Positions 19,060-31,100 of a stretch of 64,000 bases of DNA are shown here, in pieces (the first letter of the stretch is position 1; each line of letters opens with the position of its first letter). The notes under the pieces were generated by a model, which had not been told where the DNA came from, ran no database searches, and worked only from the letters and a program-made list of their open reading frames with translations. This stretch comes from Monocercomonoides exilis PA203 (taxonomy: Eukaryota; Protista; Preaxostyla): the NCBI GenBank assembly GCA_001643675.2, contig LSRY02000014.1, positions 434,001-498,000 of the forward strand, read 5' to 3'. Both the position numbers and the translations under genes were made by a program.

Positions 19060-22000
19060 ATGGAAATTTATGGATGTGCGTATTTTGTTAATATTTTATA
19101 ATCCAGATTTTTGAGTAACATGTGTTGAAAATTTTTTTATCCCTTTAGACACAAATATCAAATTTTTATGTTCCACTGAAGAATGTGCTTTCTTTAAAGC
19201 TTTTACAAAAAAGAACCAGAAATTGCGGATTCTAAAGTATTATTCCATGGAAAATGCACTCTTTTTCCAAAATACCCTTGTTAGAAGGAAACTTTCCGAA
19301 GCCAAGCGAATAAGAAGCCCACGTATTTTGAAAATATATGATTCATTTTTTGTTAACGACGATGAATTGTACATTGCTATGGAATACTGCAACGGAGCTA
19401 GCCTTTACAATGATGTGAAACAGAGAAAAAAAGAAAAGCGTTTTTACACAAACGAGGTTGGAGCTTTGAAAGTCATTACAAATTTTCAATTTGGTGTTCA
19501 ATGACTTATTTTTGTAATTTCCCTTGCTTAGGAGCTTTGGATAATTATAACCGATCTCATACTTGCACTTTTTGAATATTTTAAGGTAGATTTAAAACAC
19601 CAAAACATAAATTTGAAGAATATAGTGATGATGCCTGACGGGCACGTTAAGCTAGGTGTGCAACCAGTAAATATTGACATCATTTTATCTGATTTTTCCT
19701 GTTATTTCATACACATTTTCTTTGATCAAACAATGAAAAAGGCGAATTTCAAATCAAGAAATCAATAACTAATTCAGATTTTGATTTTGGATCAACTCCG
19801 TGCTTTTATTCGAATAAGGCATCAGAAGAACTTTCTAATTTTTCATCTGCCTCTTCATCTTCAGAATCTTCCGTTTCATTGTTGGCTCATGAAACCGATC
19901 TTAGGCAGCTGGGAAAAGTCTTGTTTGAGCTGTGTTCATTGAATTCTTCATCACCACAAGAATTGGGCATATTTTCTGAAGAGATTACCGAAGCATCATT
20001 GGAGAAAGCATTCCCACCGTCTGTTGACAAAAACATCATCACAATTGTCAAAATGCTTCTTTCCTCTTCTTTAGGAGACTCAACAGATTTAGTTGATATT
20101 CTTGCTCTTCCTTGTGTGATGGATAGATTGGCAACAGGAAGAAAATTGGAAACAGAAGGATTTAATCGTGCTCAGGATTTTGCAGAAAAAAGCTCAAAAA
20201 GCGATGAAGAAAATGGAGAAACAACAGAGGGAAAAAATCAAAAAGAAGAAAAATGTGATGACCTCTTAAACGAAACACTTCGTGATGTTTGTGAAATTAA
20301 AAATGTTGTTGAGGTTCTGCTGATGCGGAAGAACAAAGCAGACAGAGAAGCATTCAAACTTCGACAGATCAACAACGAATTGCGTGAGAGACTTGCTGAG
20401 CAAGAAAGGTTGGAGAATAAACTGAAATATGCTTACGAAATGATTGAAGAGTATGAAGAGCTTTACGATTCCATCAGAGAAAGAAACAAAGAACTGGAAA
20501 TATTACTTGAAGAAAGCATGCTTAAAGGTTCTAATGGTTTGAGTGGCATGTTGAAATTAGCTCGCTCCAATGAAATGGGAATAGCATCAGCATCTGCTTC
20601 TTCTCTGCTTTCTGCCTCTGCAACAACCGCATCGCATTCACGGAACAAACAACTGCCCAATCAGGAAAAATCTCCAATGAATAATTCGAATGCTTCCGTT
20701 AAAGAGATGACAAATCAGCCAAAAAAGTCCAAGAAACAGCAAACTGGAGACTTGACATCTTCTCTCAAAAAATCAACAGAAAAATTGTCTCTTGCAGGTG
20801 ACGATGAATCATCTGCAAAACAGACAATAGAAAAGGCAAAAGAAAGTGAAAAGACAGAAGAAGCTAAAAGCAAAGACAATCAAATACAAACATCTTCAAC
20901 AAATCAATCAGAATCGAAATCAGCTACAATGACTGCAACTCAATCTTCATCTCCATCTTCAGCTTCTTCCTCGTCTTCAGCTTCTGCTCTGAATCAAACA
21001 GCTGAACAGATGTCAGCTGCATCCTATTCAATTTCAACTGACAAGAGCTTGTCTTCGAAATCTCTCAACAAAACAGAAAGCCAAAAGTTGAAAGAGAAGC
21101 CAAAAAAGGATTCAAAAAATGAAAAAACGCAAAAACAGACAGCAGCCAAACAGAAATCTGAAGAAACATCGACAGTTGAAGTTGAGTGGGCTTCATGTTC
21201 ATTCTTTGATAATTCTGCGATTCATCAACCTTCTTCTTGTTCTTCTGCCTCGTCTTCTGCTTCTTCTGCTTCTGCTTCTGCTTCTACATCGTCTTTGTCG
21301 TCGTCATCTTCTTCTTTTTCTTTATGGGAAGAGGAATTATCTTTTTCTTCTCCTTCTCTTTTTCTTTCTCCTCCTCTTTCTCCTCCACCTTCTCCTCCAC
21401 CTTCTTCTCCTCTTCCTCCTCTTCCTCCTCTTCCTCATTCTCCTCATTCTCCTCATTCTCCTCCTCATTCTTCTTCTTCTTCTTCATTTTCTTTTTCTTT
21501 TTCTTCTTCTTCTCCTCCTCTTCCTCCTTTTTCTTCCTCTTCATCATCAAAATCATCATCTATTTCTTTATGGGATAACTCATTAAGATTAGATGACGAT
21601 GAATGGCCTGCGCTTCCATCTTGCAACAATTCAACAAGCAAGCATTCACATTCACGGACTTCTTCTTCTTCTTCTTCTTCAAATGCTTCAACTACTAAAA
21701 CTTCAAAGCCAACAGTTGCAAATACAATTTCATCGTCCTCTCCACAGTTTGCTCCTTCATCTGCTTTAGTCAGAATGACTGCTCCTTCTCCTTTGTCACA
21801 TGTTCAGACTGACCAAAAAACAAACAAAAAATCAGACAATTCGCCAAAGACATTGAAGTCAACAGCAAAAGAGCCTAATGATTCAAATGGTTCAAAGGAA
21901 ACAAAGGAAACAAAGGAAACAAAGGAATTAAAAGAATCAGAAGATCCAAAAGCAGAAAAAGAACAAAAAGAACCAAAAGAACGAAAAGAACCAAAAGGAT

Positions 22001-25000
22001 CAAAAGGATCTAAAGGATCAAAAGAAGTGAAAGATTCGAATGGATCAATAGAATCAAAAGAGGAAAATTTTGAGAAAGGGTTAAAAGATTCAAAAGAACA
22101 GAAATATTTGAAAGAAACAAAGAAATTAGAGGAATCAAAAGCAGAAAAAGCAGAAAAAGATTCGAAAGGATCAAAAAAACCAAAACAAGCCTCGAAATCA
22201 ATAATTGCGAAAATTACTTCAAAAAAAGCTCCTCAATCGCAATGCTCTGAAAACACAGAAAATTCTATCTCTTTGTTGGCATCACAACACACTCTCTCAC
22301 TGCCATCAACAGCTGCAACACAATCTTTGTCTGTTAAAGATGCATCAGCTTCTCCTTTTGATAAGTTCAATCTGACAAAAAGCAAGAAGCCAGACGAATC
22401 ATCTCAGAATAACAAAAATCAGAAAAAGGCAAAAACCAAACAGAAATCTGAAGAAATATTGACTGTAAATATCGGATGGGATTCATGTTTATTGTTTGAT
22501 AATTCTGCGATTCGTCGAACTTCTTGTTCTTCTTCTGCTTCGTCTTCTGCTTCTGCTTCTGCTTCAACATCGCCGACTTCGTCATCATCATCATCTTTTT
22601 CTTCATGGGAAGAGGAATTATCTTTTTTGGAAAAGAAATTTAGTTCAGTTGATGTTGAAGAGTCTGCTCTTCCTGATTTAGAAAATTCTGCGAACAAGCA
22701 TTCATATTCACTAACTTCTGCTTCTGCTTCATCATCTTCTTCATCATCAATTGTTACGTCATCTTTGCATGCAAAAGATGCATTAGCTTCTCTTTGTGAT
22801 AACACCAAACTGTCAAAAAGCAAGATGTCAAACAAATCATCTCTGAATGAAAAAAATCAAAAGAAAGCGACGTCCAAACAGAAATCTGAAGAAATATCGA
22901 ATGGAAAAGTTAAACGGGCTTCGCCTTCATATCGTAAACGCTCCGCAAAGAAACGTTCGCATCCACGGACTTCTTCTTCTGCTTCTGCATCGCCGTTTTC
23001 GCCAACATATTCTTCTGTATCTTCATGGGAAAAGGAATTATCTTACTGGGAAAAGAAATTAAGCCCAGTTGTTGATGATTGGTCTGCATTTTCAATTTGT
23101 GTTAATTTCTCACGCAAACAGCCGCATTCACTGGTTTTTTCTTCTCCTTCTCCTTCTTTTCATCCGCGTCCTTCTTATATTTGTACTTCAACTTCAACTT
23201 CTTCTTCTTCAAAAGCTTTAGCCAGCAAAACTTCAAAGCAAACAGTTGCAAATAGAACTTTGCCATCCTCTCCACAGTCTGCTCCTTCATCTGCTTTAAG
23301 CAGATTGACTGCGCCTTCTCCTTTGTCACATGTTCAGTCTGACCAAAAAACAAACAAAAAATCAGACAATTCGCCAAAGACATCGGCATCTGCTGCGAAA
23401 GACTCGAAAAAGTCAAAGGAATCAAAAGAATCGAATGATTTGAAAGGAACAAAAGCAAAAAAAGCAGAGAAAGCAGAAAAAGAACAAAAAGAACCAAAAC
23501 GATCAAAAGATTCGAAAGGATCAAAATTGGAAAAATCTGAGAAAGGATCAAAGGAATTAAAGGAATCAAAAGGATCTAAAGAACAAAAAGATCCAAAATC
23601 AGAAAAATCAGAAAAAGAACAAAAAGAACGAAAAGAGCTGAAAGACTCGAAAGGATCAAGTGATACAAAAGTTGCAAAGGCTGAGAAAGGGTTGAAAGAA
23701 TCAAAAGAGTCAAAGGAATCAAAAGTTTCAAAAGCAGAAAAAGAACCAAAAGGATCTAAAGGATCAAAAGAAGTGAAAGATTCGAATGGATCAATAGAAT
23801 CAAAAGAGGAAAAAGCAGAAAAAGCAGAAAAAGCAGAAAAAGAGACAAAAGATTTAAAAGGATCAAAAGGATCAAAAGTGGAAAAATCTGAGAAAGGTTC
23901 AAAGGAATTAAAGGATTCAAACGAATTTATAGAACAAAGAGAACAAAAAAAGCTGAAAGACTCGAAAGGATCAAAAGAATCAGAACAGAAAGAGTCAAAG
24001 GAACCAAAAGTTTCAAAAGCAGAAAAAGAACAAAAAGAACCAAAAGAACCAAAAGGATCAAAAGATTCGAAAGATTCGAAAAAACCGAAACTATCCACCA
24101 GTTCAACAACTGCGAAAACAATATCAAACAAATCTTCTCAACCTGATCACTCAAAAAGCATAGAAAATCCTTCCTCCCCTTTGCTATCTCTGCCGCATCA
24201 GCCTTATTTATGGCCTTCTTCTTCTTCCTCTTCCTCTTCTTCTTCCTCTTCCTCTTCTTCTTCTTCTTCGTGGGAAGATTTAAGTTCAGTTGATGTTGAA
24301 TGGGCTTCTCCGTCATTTTGTGATAACTCTGCAACAAAGCAGCCATATTCATGGCCTTCTTCTGCTGCTCCAGCTTCTTCATCTGCTTCATCTTCTTCAA
24401 CATCTTCTTCAAATGCTTTAGCCAGCAAAACTTCAAGAAAGACAGTTGCAAATACAATTTCATCATCATCTCCACAGTCTGCTCCTTCTTCAACTATAAA
24501 CAGATTGACTGCACCTTCTCCTTTGTCACATGTTCAGTCTGACAAACAAACAAACAGAAAATCAGACAATTCACAAAAGACAGTAATGTCTACAGCAAAA
24601 GAGCCTAATGATTCGAATGGTTCAAAGGAATCAAAGGAATCAAAAGATCCAAAAGCAGAAAAAGAACAAAAAGAACGAAAAGAACGAAAAGAGCTGAAAG
24701 ACTCGAAAGGATCAAAAGAATCAGAACAGAAAGATTCGAAAGAATCAAAGAAATTAAAAGAATCAAAAGAATCAAAAGCAGAAAAAGATCCAAAAGATCC
24801 AAAAGTGTCAAAAGATTCGAAAGATACAAAAAATCTAAAAGATTCTAAAAATCCAAAAGATTCAGAAGGTTCGAAAAAATCGAAACAATCCGCAAGCTCA
24901 GCAACTGCAAAAACATCTTCAAAAGCAACATCAAAAGCAACTACAAAAAAAGCTCCTCAATTGCAACGCTCAAAATTCACAGAAAATCCTTTCTCTTTAT

Positions 25001-26954
25001 TGGCATCGCGTCTAGCACTATCATCATCATCATCATCATCATCATCATCTTTGAAAGTCAAAGATTCGTCAGTTTCTCATTGTGATAAGTCCAATCTGCC
25101 AAAAAGCAAGAAGTCCAGCAAATCCTCTCAGAATGAAAAAAATCAGAAGCAAGCGATATCCAAACAGAAATCTGAAGAAACATCTACAGTTGAAGTTGAG
25201 TGGGCTTTGCCTTCATTTCGCGATAACTCCGCTACTCATCAGCCTTATTCATGGCCTTCTTCGTCTTCTTCTTCATGGGAAGACTCTTCAAGTTCAGTTG
25301 ATGTTGAATGGGCTTCACCATCATTTTGTGATGACTCTGCAACCAAGCAGCCATATTCATGGCCTTCTTCTGCTGCTTCATCAACTTCATCTTCTTCCTC
25401 TTCATCATCATCATCATCATCATCATCTTCCTCTTCTTCCTCATCTTCCTCATCTTTTTCTTCCTCATCTTCTTCTTCCTCATCTTCTTCTTCCTCATCT
25501 TCTTCTTCCTCTTCCTCTTCTTCTTCTTCACCAGATCCATCTTTTTCTTCTGCTTCTTTGTCTCCTCCACCACCTCCACCATCAGAATCTTTCAGACATT
25601 CAATAAAAAAGAACTCAAACACAGCAAATTCTTCTGATTCATCATCTTCAAACACTATTCCCGAAAATACACAAAAGGCACACGAAAGTCTGCAAACACG
25701 ATCCACAAAAAATGAAAACGATTCCTCCCAGTTTATTTATTGCCCATCCTCTCAATCAGTTTCTACTCCGACATTTTATTCCTCTTTTTCTTCTTCATCA
25801 TCGTCTTCTTCATCAGTTAACTTTTTGAGAAACGAAGAGAAAATTAAGGAGCCATCTGAATCAAAAGATAGCGAAGAGAATCAACAAAATTTGTTATCTT
25901 CAGAATTCAAGTTAATGTCTCATCCAAATTGTTCATCTTTGACTCTTTTGGATAAAAACAGAGTGACTTGCTTGTCAAATTACAATAACGTTTTGGCTAT
26001 CATTGATGTTCCATTAAAAGTGGTGTGAAAAAAGAAAGAAATACATTTCCAAAATTTGATTGAAGCTTTCATTTATTAATTTCTTTTTTTCGGTAATTTT
26101 ATTTTTATGCGGAAAAACATTTTTATGATATTTGTTTTTTCATCTACGTTATTCAACACATTATTTCCATTCTGAATGATACTCTGATTTAGGGCTGCTG
26201 GAAGTGGTATGAATACGCCTTTTCTCTTTTCTGTTTCATTAAAATTTTGTTTGTTTATTTTTATAATTATATTATTATAATCGTTATGGCACATAATCTG
26301 TCTTCTTGGGATTCATTCTTTTGCAAGTTCTGTACGTTTTGAAAAGAAACCACAAATTATTGTTGGCTTTGGATTAATGAGAAGGAGTTCTCTGCTCGAA
26401 AAACGTTTTCGGCTTGGCGAGGATAATAATTCATTTGGATATCAAAGCAGGTACGCGCAAACTTTGATTATTATTACGTCGATCAAATTTTTTACACTTT
26501 TTTCTTCAAAAAATTTCAATTAACGCTATTTTTGTTTTGCACTTCCAACTTCAAATTTTCTTAAATATCACAATTTCTCAAAATTTTCTTTGCAGCGGAT
26601 GCATTGCACATCAAGGTCTTATTATGCCTGGAATGAAAAGATACGAAGCAGGAGACATAATCACTATTGAAGTCGATATTCGCTCCAACTGCAATAAAAC
26701 AGTATCGCAGGCACATTTTTATGTTAATGGAAGTCTTCAGAATCTATATCTACATAATGTTCCGAAGGAAACCGTTTTTGGGGTTTGTTTTTTCAATGAG
26801 AATTATTGTTAGACAATCATTTGGTTATTATATCGAAAATCATTTGTAGTTTCATCTGTTCGGAAGAGATTCAAAGTGTTCAGTTGTTTCGTTTGGAAAA
26901 ATATCAGGTCTCACTCAACCCGATCGAAAATTGCTTGAGCCAGTAAGTTGGTAG
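19060..26954 (+). CDS. NEK-like pseudokinase + coiled coil + very long Ser-rich/K-E-S repeat region + C-terminal SPRY-like domain, multi-exon
   Basis: Inferred exons: 19060-19075, 19149-19456, 19532-19655, 19742 (or 19778)-26022, 26193-26206, 26328-26450, 26596-26782 and 26850-26954. Kinase motifs: LKIYDSFFVNDDELYIAMEYCNGASL, HQNINLKNIVMMPDGHVKL, TDLRQLGKVLFELCSL. SPRY-like motifs: IVGFGL, LGEDNNSFGY, YEAGDIITIEVD, FYVNG. Confidence 0.75.
21100..25400 (+). repeat. Nested internal coding repeats: kb-scale duplicated modules plus 9-nt K-[E/D/G]-[S/P/T] tandem units
   Basis: TAPSPLSHVQ(T/S)D..TN.KSDNS.KT recurs at ~21778, ~23308 and ~24508. QKSEE recurs at ~21151, 22441, 22879 and 25165. aaaggatca/aaagaatca/aaagaacca arrays lie at ~21870-22190, 23400-24090 and 24600-24890. 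Confidence 0.9.
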
Positions 26955-26971
26955 TTCAAAGACATTTGGCA

Positions 26972-27169
26972 GTTCCTTTTTGAAACATTCTTTCGTTCGA
27001 GTTTTGATCAAAAAAAAATTTATTTCTCAATGGGATTAATGGGAAAAAGTGCTGAAATCCCACGAACACGAATCTCAAAATAGTCTTCAGAGAAAAACAA
27101 AAATACGTGTTTCCATTGAGAAAAAATTTTGATCAAAACTCGAATGAAAGAATAATTTCAAAACGGAAC
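26972..27169. repeat. Imperfect inverted repeat (~60-bp arms, ~80-bp spacer), MITE-like or 3'-UTR hairpin
   Basis: Left arm gttcctttttgaaacattctttcgttcgagttttgatcaaaa...ttctcaatgg (26972-27033). The reverse complement of 27113-27169 is gttccgttttgaaattattctttcattcgagttttgatcaaaattttttctcaatgg. Confidence 0.8.
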
Positions 27170-27410
27170 AACCACATTATTTGGCTTTTGATTGTGAGAA
27201 AACTCATATTTTTTTATCTTTTTTGAAAATGGATTTTGTTTATCAATAAAAAATGAAACTATTGTTTTCCTTAATCATTTGATTATTTTTCTTGAACGTG
27301 AGGGAAAAGTCATTCAAAAAAACAGTTGAGATATTTTCACCTTTTAAGCAGTGAAACTTCTTTCTTTTGCGTTTTGAATTGAGAAAAAAAAATTATTGGA
27401 AGTCTCTGTT

Positions 27411-28197
27411 CCGAGTATTTTCTTTTGTTTTCGATGATGGATTAAATGACATGTGATAGGATATTTATTGAGTCTCATCAGCCAAGTTGATTGTGAAATC
27501 CATCGAAAAATCTATGTGCATTCGAAAACTGACAAGGAGAAACTGATTGAGGAAAAAGCATCCCATAACGAACAATGCTTGACAATTTGTGTTCACAAAT
27601 CACTTCGTGACAAACTCCATTCAAACACAACAACAGCAATAACAATAATAAAGAAGAGAAAGAAGAATAGGAAGAAAAGTGAAATGAAATATTCAAAGAT
27701 TAATTGTCTCAAATCAACATCGCATCAGAACTCAAACAGGCAGCACAACTCGCAAATCATGCTGCTCCACAACAAACTTTGAAAAACAAACAAATTAAGA
27801 AAAACGAAAAAAGAAATAAATTGGTGTTGAAAATCTGACAGAAAAATAAAACTCTCCTCAGCCCCGTTCCACAACTCCATTCCACAAAGTTGGCTCACTT
27901 CCTTCAAGCAAATCCAGCTCATCTTTTCATTCTGACTCTTTTTTTGAAGAGGTGCATCACTTCATCTCTCCTCCTTTCACCATGCCCATTCCTCTCATAG
28001 GCTTCTGCCCCAACAGCCATTTCCCTTTCAATCATCCTCCTTTTGCATTCCTCTTCTCCAATGCACAAACATGCTTTATTTTTGGAGAGGATGTTGTTGT
28101 GAATGGCAAAAACACCTCACATCGTCTTCATTGTCTCATTTTCATTGCTCTCCTGCTCTTTTGCTTTTCTGCTTGCCAACTTCCAATCCACATCTTC
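27411..28197 (-). repeat. 3' block of copy B, homologous to 12243-13033
   Basis: Reverse-complement match to the 3' flank of copy A. Confidence 0.9.
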
Positions 28198-31100
28198 TCA
28201 CTCCTCCGACTCGCTGATCATGCTTCTGTTCAGCCCAGCCATGGACTCTTCCCCAACACAGATCGCGTCTGTCATCGTCATGATTGCTGCCCCTTTCGGA
28301 AACCGCACAATAAACTCCCGCTTCAGCTCGTTCACACTCAGCCGCTGCCCCCAGTCTTGCGACAGGCACCCCTTCACCACACCCGCCAAGCTGCTCCCTC
28401 CCACCCTCATCACATCCGGCTTCTCCCCATTCACAATCTTCTGCCCCGCCACCTCTGCTCCATACTCTCCAAACGGAATCTCCAGCGTCAGACACTCCCA
28501 CACCATCATCCCAATCGAGAACGATACCGACTCCTTTGTCGCTCCCATCTTCTTGTTCACCAGCAGCTCTGGCGCCTTCCACCTCAAGCACTCTTTTTTG
28601 AAATCATCCTCATCCTCAAACGCTGATGAAGGCAGAGAGTCATCATCATCATTATCATCACTTGCAGATGTCACAACTGTTGTTGATGAGATTGACGATG
28701 ACTCTGAATCATCTGAAGATGAGAAGTCTGAATGCATCACAATGCAGATCACCATGTGCTCGGAAAATAACACAATGTGGGGACTGAGATTGGCAAGAGA
28801 TGAGAGAGGATTCTCCATTTCATCAAATGAGTGGAGTGCCAGATTCGCCACCCAGAATAGGATCTGCGCAGCTGTTTGCTCTCTCTCAGTCAATGTGCCT
28901 ATCGCCATCTCTTTCTTTTCATTCTTTCCATGAAGCAGCATGAACAGAGAATCCCTCAGATCCACAATCAGCTTCTCATGTGGAGACGAGCAGGCCATTG
29001 CATCCACCAAGTTCGACATGGATGAGGTTGTTGGGCACAGATCCTCTCCTCGAACAAAAGTGGATTCTGTGTCTGAAGTGTCTGTGGTTGAAGTGGATGA
29101 GATTGAAGGTGATGGCGTTCGCTTCCTTGTCTCTTCCTCAACTTCCTTTTCATCAACCTTCTCCAGCATCCATTCTGGAATCTTGTCTGAGTCTCTTCCA
29201 AGAATGTATTCAGTGGAGCCACTCTCACTCAGCAAATGCTCTGACGATTCTGAATGCTGAAGGCTTTTCGCATATACCCTCTTCTTTATCCTTTCCTCGT
29301 TCTTCTTCTCAGCCTCCCTCTCGGCTCTCCTCCACTGCGCCTCAGGTGACATCTCCATCGTCACCATCTCAAATGCCTTCGGATCCTTCTTCACTGTGTC
29401 TTCCACAATCACTTCAAGTTCCTCTGTCCTTCTCTTTTGTTTTCTCCATCGAACAACAAACAAAATAAATCCAATAAGAACAATTAAAAGGATTATTGCC
29501 ATAACAACAACAATTATTGGCCAAAATGATTTTCCTTCTTTCCCTCCTTCAACAATTCTGTCATCTCCTTTTCCTTCGGTTTCGCTTCTGTTCTTCAGAA
29601 TGAAAGAATCAGTCGATGAAGGAGATTCTTTCTTTCCAAACAGAAGACTCACAGACACTTCTGTCTCTGCTCCCACTGCTCCCATCTGAACCGATGAAAC
29701 AACTGCAACAATTTCGTTCTCTGACACACTTTCCTTTTCACCAATCCCATAGCTCTCAACCACCTCTTCCCTTCCATTCCCGAAGCTCAACTTCAACGAA
29801 ACATTGCAGGGGAGAAGAAGTCTCCCACTCAGCGTGATGATTGTTTTTCCCTCAGATCCTGTCTCATTTCTCGCCCCTTCCACAACTGGAATGAAGAATG
29901 ATGATGCTCTCTCCTCCATCATCCCGCTCAACTCGCATCCTTCATTCAACATCCAAAGAGATGTGTTTGGCAAAACTCCATCTCCTCCTTTCAAACTCAT
30001 CACATTCAACGACCCCAAATCAGAACAGATGATGTTTCTTCTCAATGATGGATATCCTTCAATTGATGGATTATTGTTTGAGAAATTCCCTGCTTCAATC
30101 ATTATGCTTCCTCCACAAACAGAAATACCACCAATGGAAGAGTTAACAACGCTCGTATCCTTCATCATAACATTTGAATCACTCAGACGAATCATCGACT
30201 CATTCCATTTGCATATTCCATCCAGGTCAGTATTTTCGTCTTTCTCTTTTTCATCTTTGTTTCTCAATCCATCAAACAAACACAAATCCATTGAAGCGCT
30301 TGCGCATTTATTGATATCCATTGCGCAAGAACCATACCCTTTAGTGATGGCGATGCTCACTGAGCAATTTGACAGCTCCAATTGATGAATTAACTCACTG
30401 AATTGCAATGGCACTTTATCACTTTGTTGAGTGATGTTTTCAACCCTCACACTTTGAAGCAGCGATATCCTTTTTTCATCCTTTGATTCCATCAACACTT
30501 TTGATGTTAGTGATATGACAGGCTCTTCAAATGAAACATCTCTGAACACACTCGAAATAATGCTGATTGAATCAGATTCCCCATTGATAGCGCTCACTGT
30601 GAGATGCAATTCAGACACAGAGCATCGTTCCAGCAAGCAACCTCCGTCGACCACTCGAATAATGTGATATCCAACAGAAGCTCTTTCTGAAATCATTGAG
30701 CTGCTTCGAAATGAGCAACTGCCCAATGTTGAAAGACCACTCTTCACACATAGGAATGACGAGTGCGAATCGCTTGAAGTCGAACAATACTCAAAGCACA
30801 CTCGACTTATGGCAACGTTGTTGATTGCCTGAATTATGCAGTCGCTTGTTCCATTGATGGATGCACAAACATTAACAACACATGGATTTCTCAGTCGCGA
30901 TGAGAGTTCCATCTCATTCAGCTCCGCTTCACCTTCGAGATTTGCCTGCTCCACAACATACATTTCACTCACATATTCCCCAGTCAAATGATCCAACGCA
31001 TAATCAATCGTGGCACACGGAAGCAAGGGCGCACCGCACTGACGATCATTCTTCCCTCCGCTTGATCGCTCTGAGCAAACATATATAGTGTCCGAAAGAT

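Noticed and set aside
21870-24890. CRISPR-like or satellite array
   Set aside because: The units are in-frame 9-nt coding repeats with no unique spacers, the context is eukaryotic, and there are no cas genes.
13034-27410. Composite or giant DNA transposon bounded by the A/B inverted repeats
   Set aside because: No transposase, integrase or polymerase is present, no TSD was seen, and the repeats are simply 3' parts of convergent paralogues.
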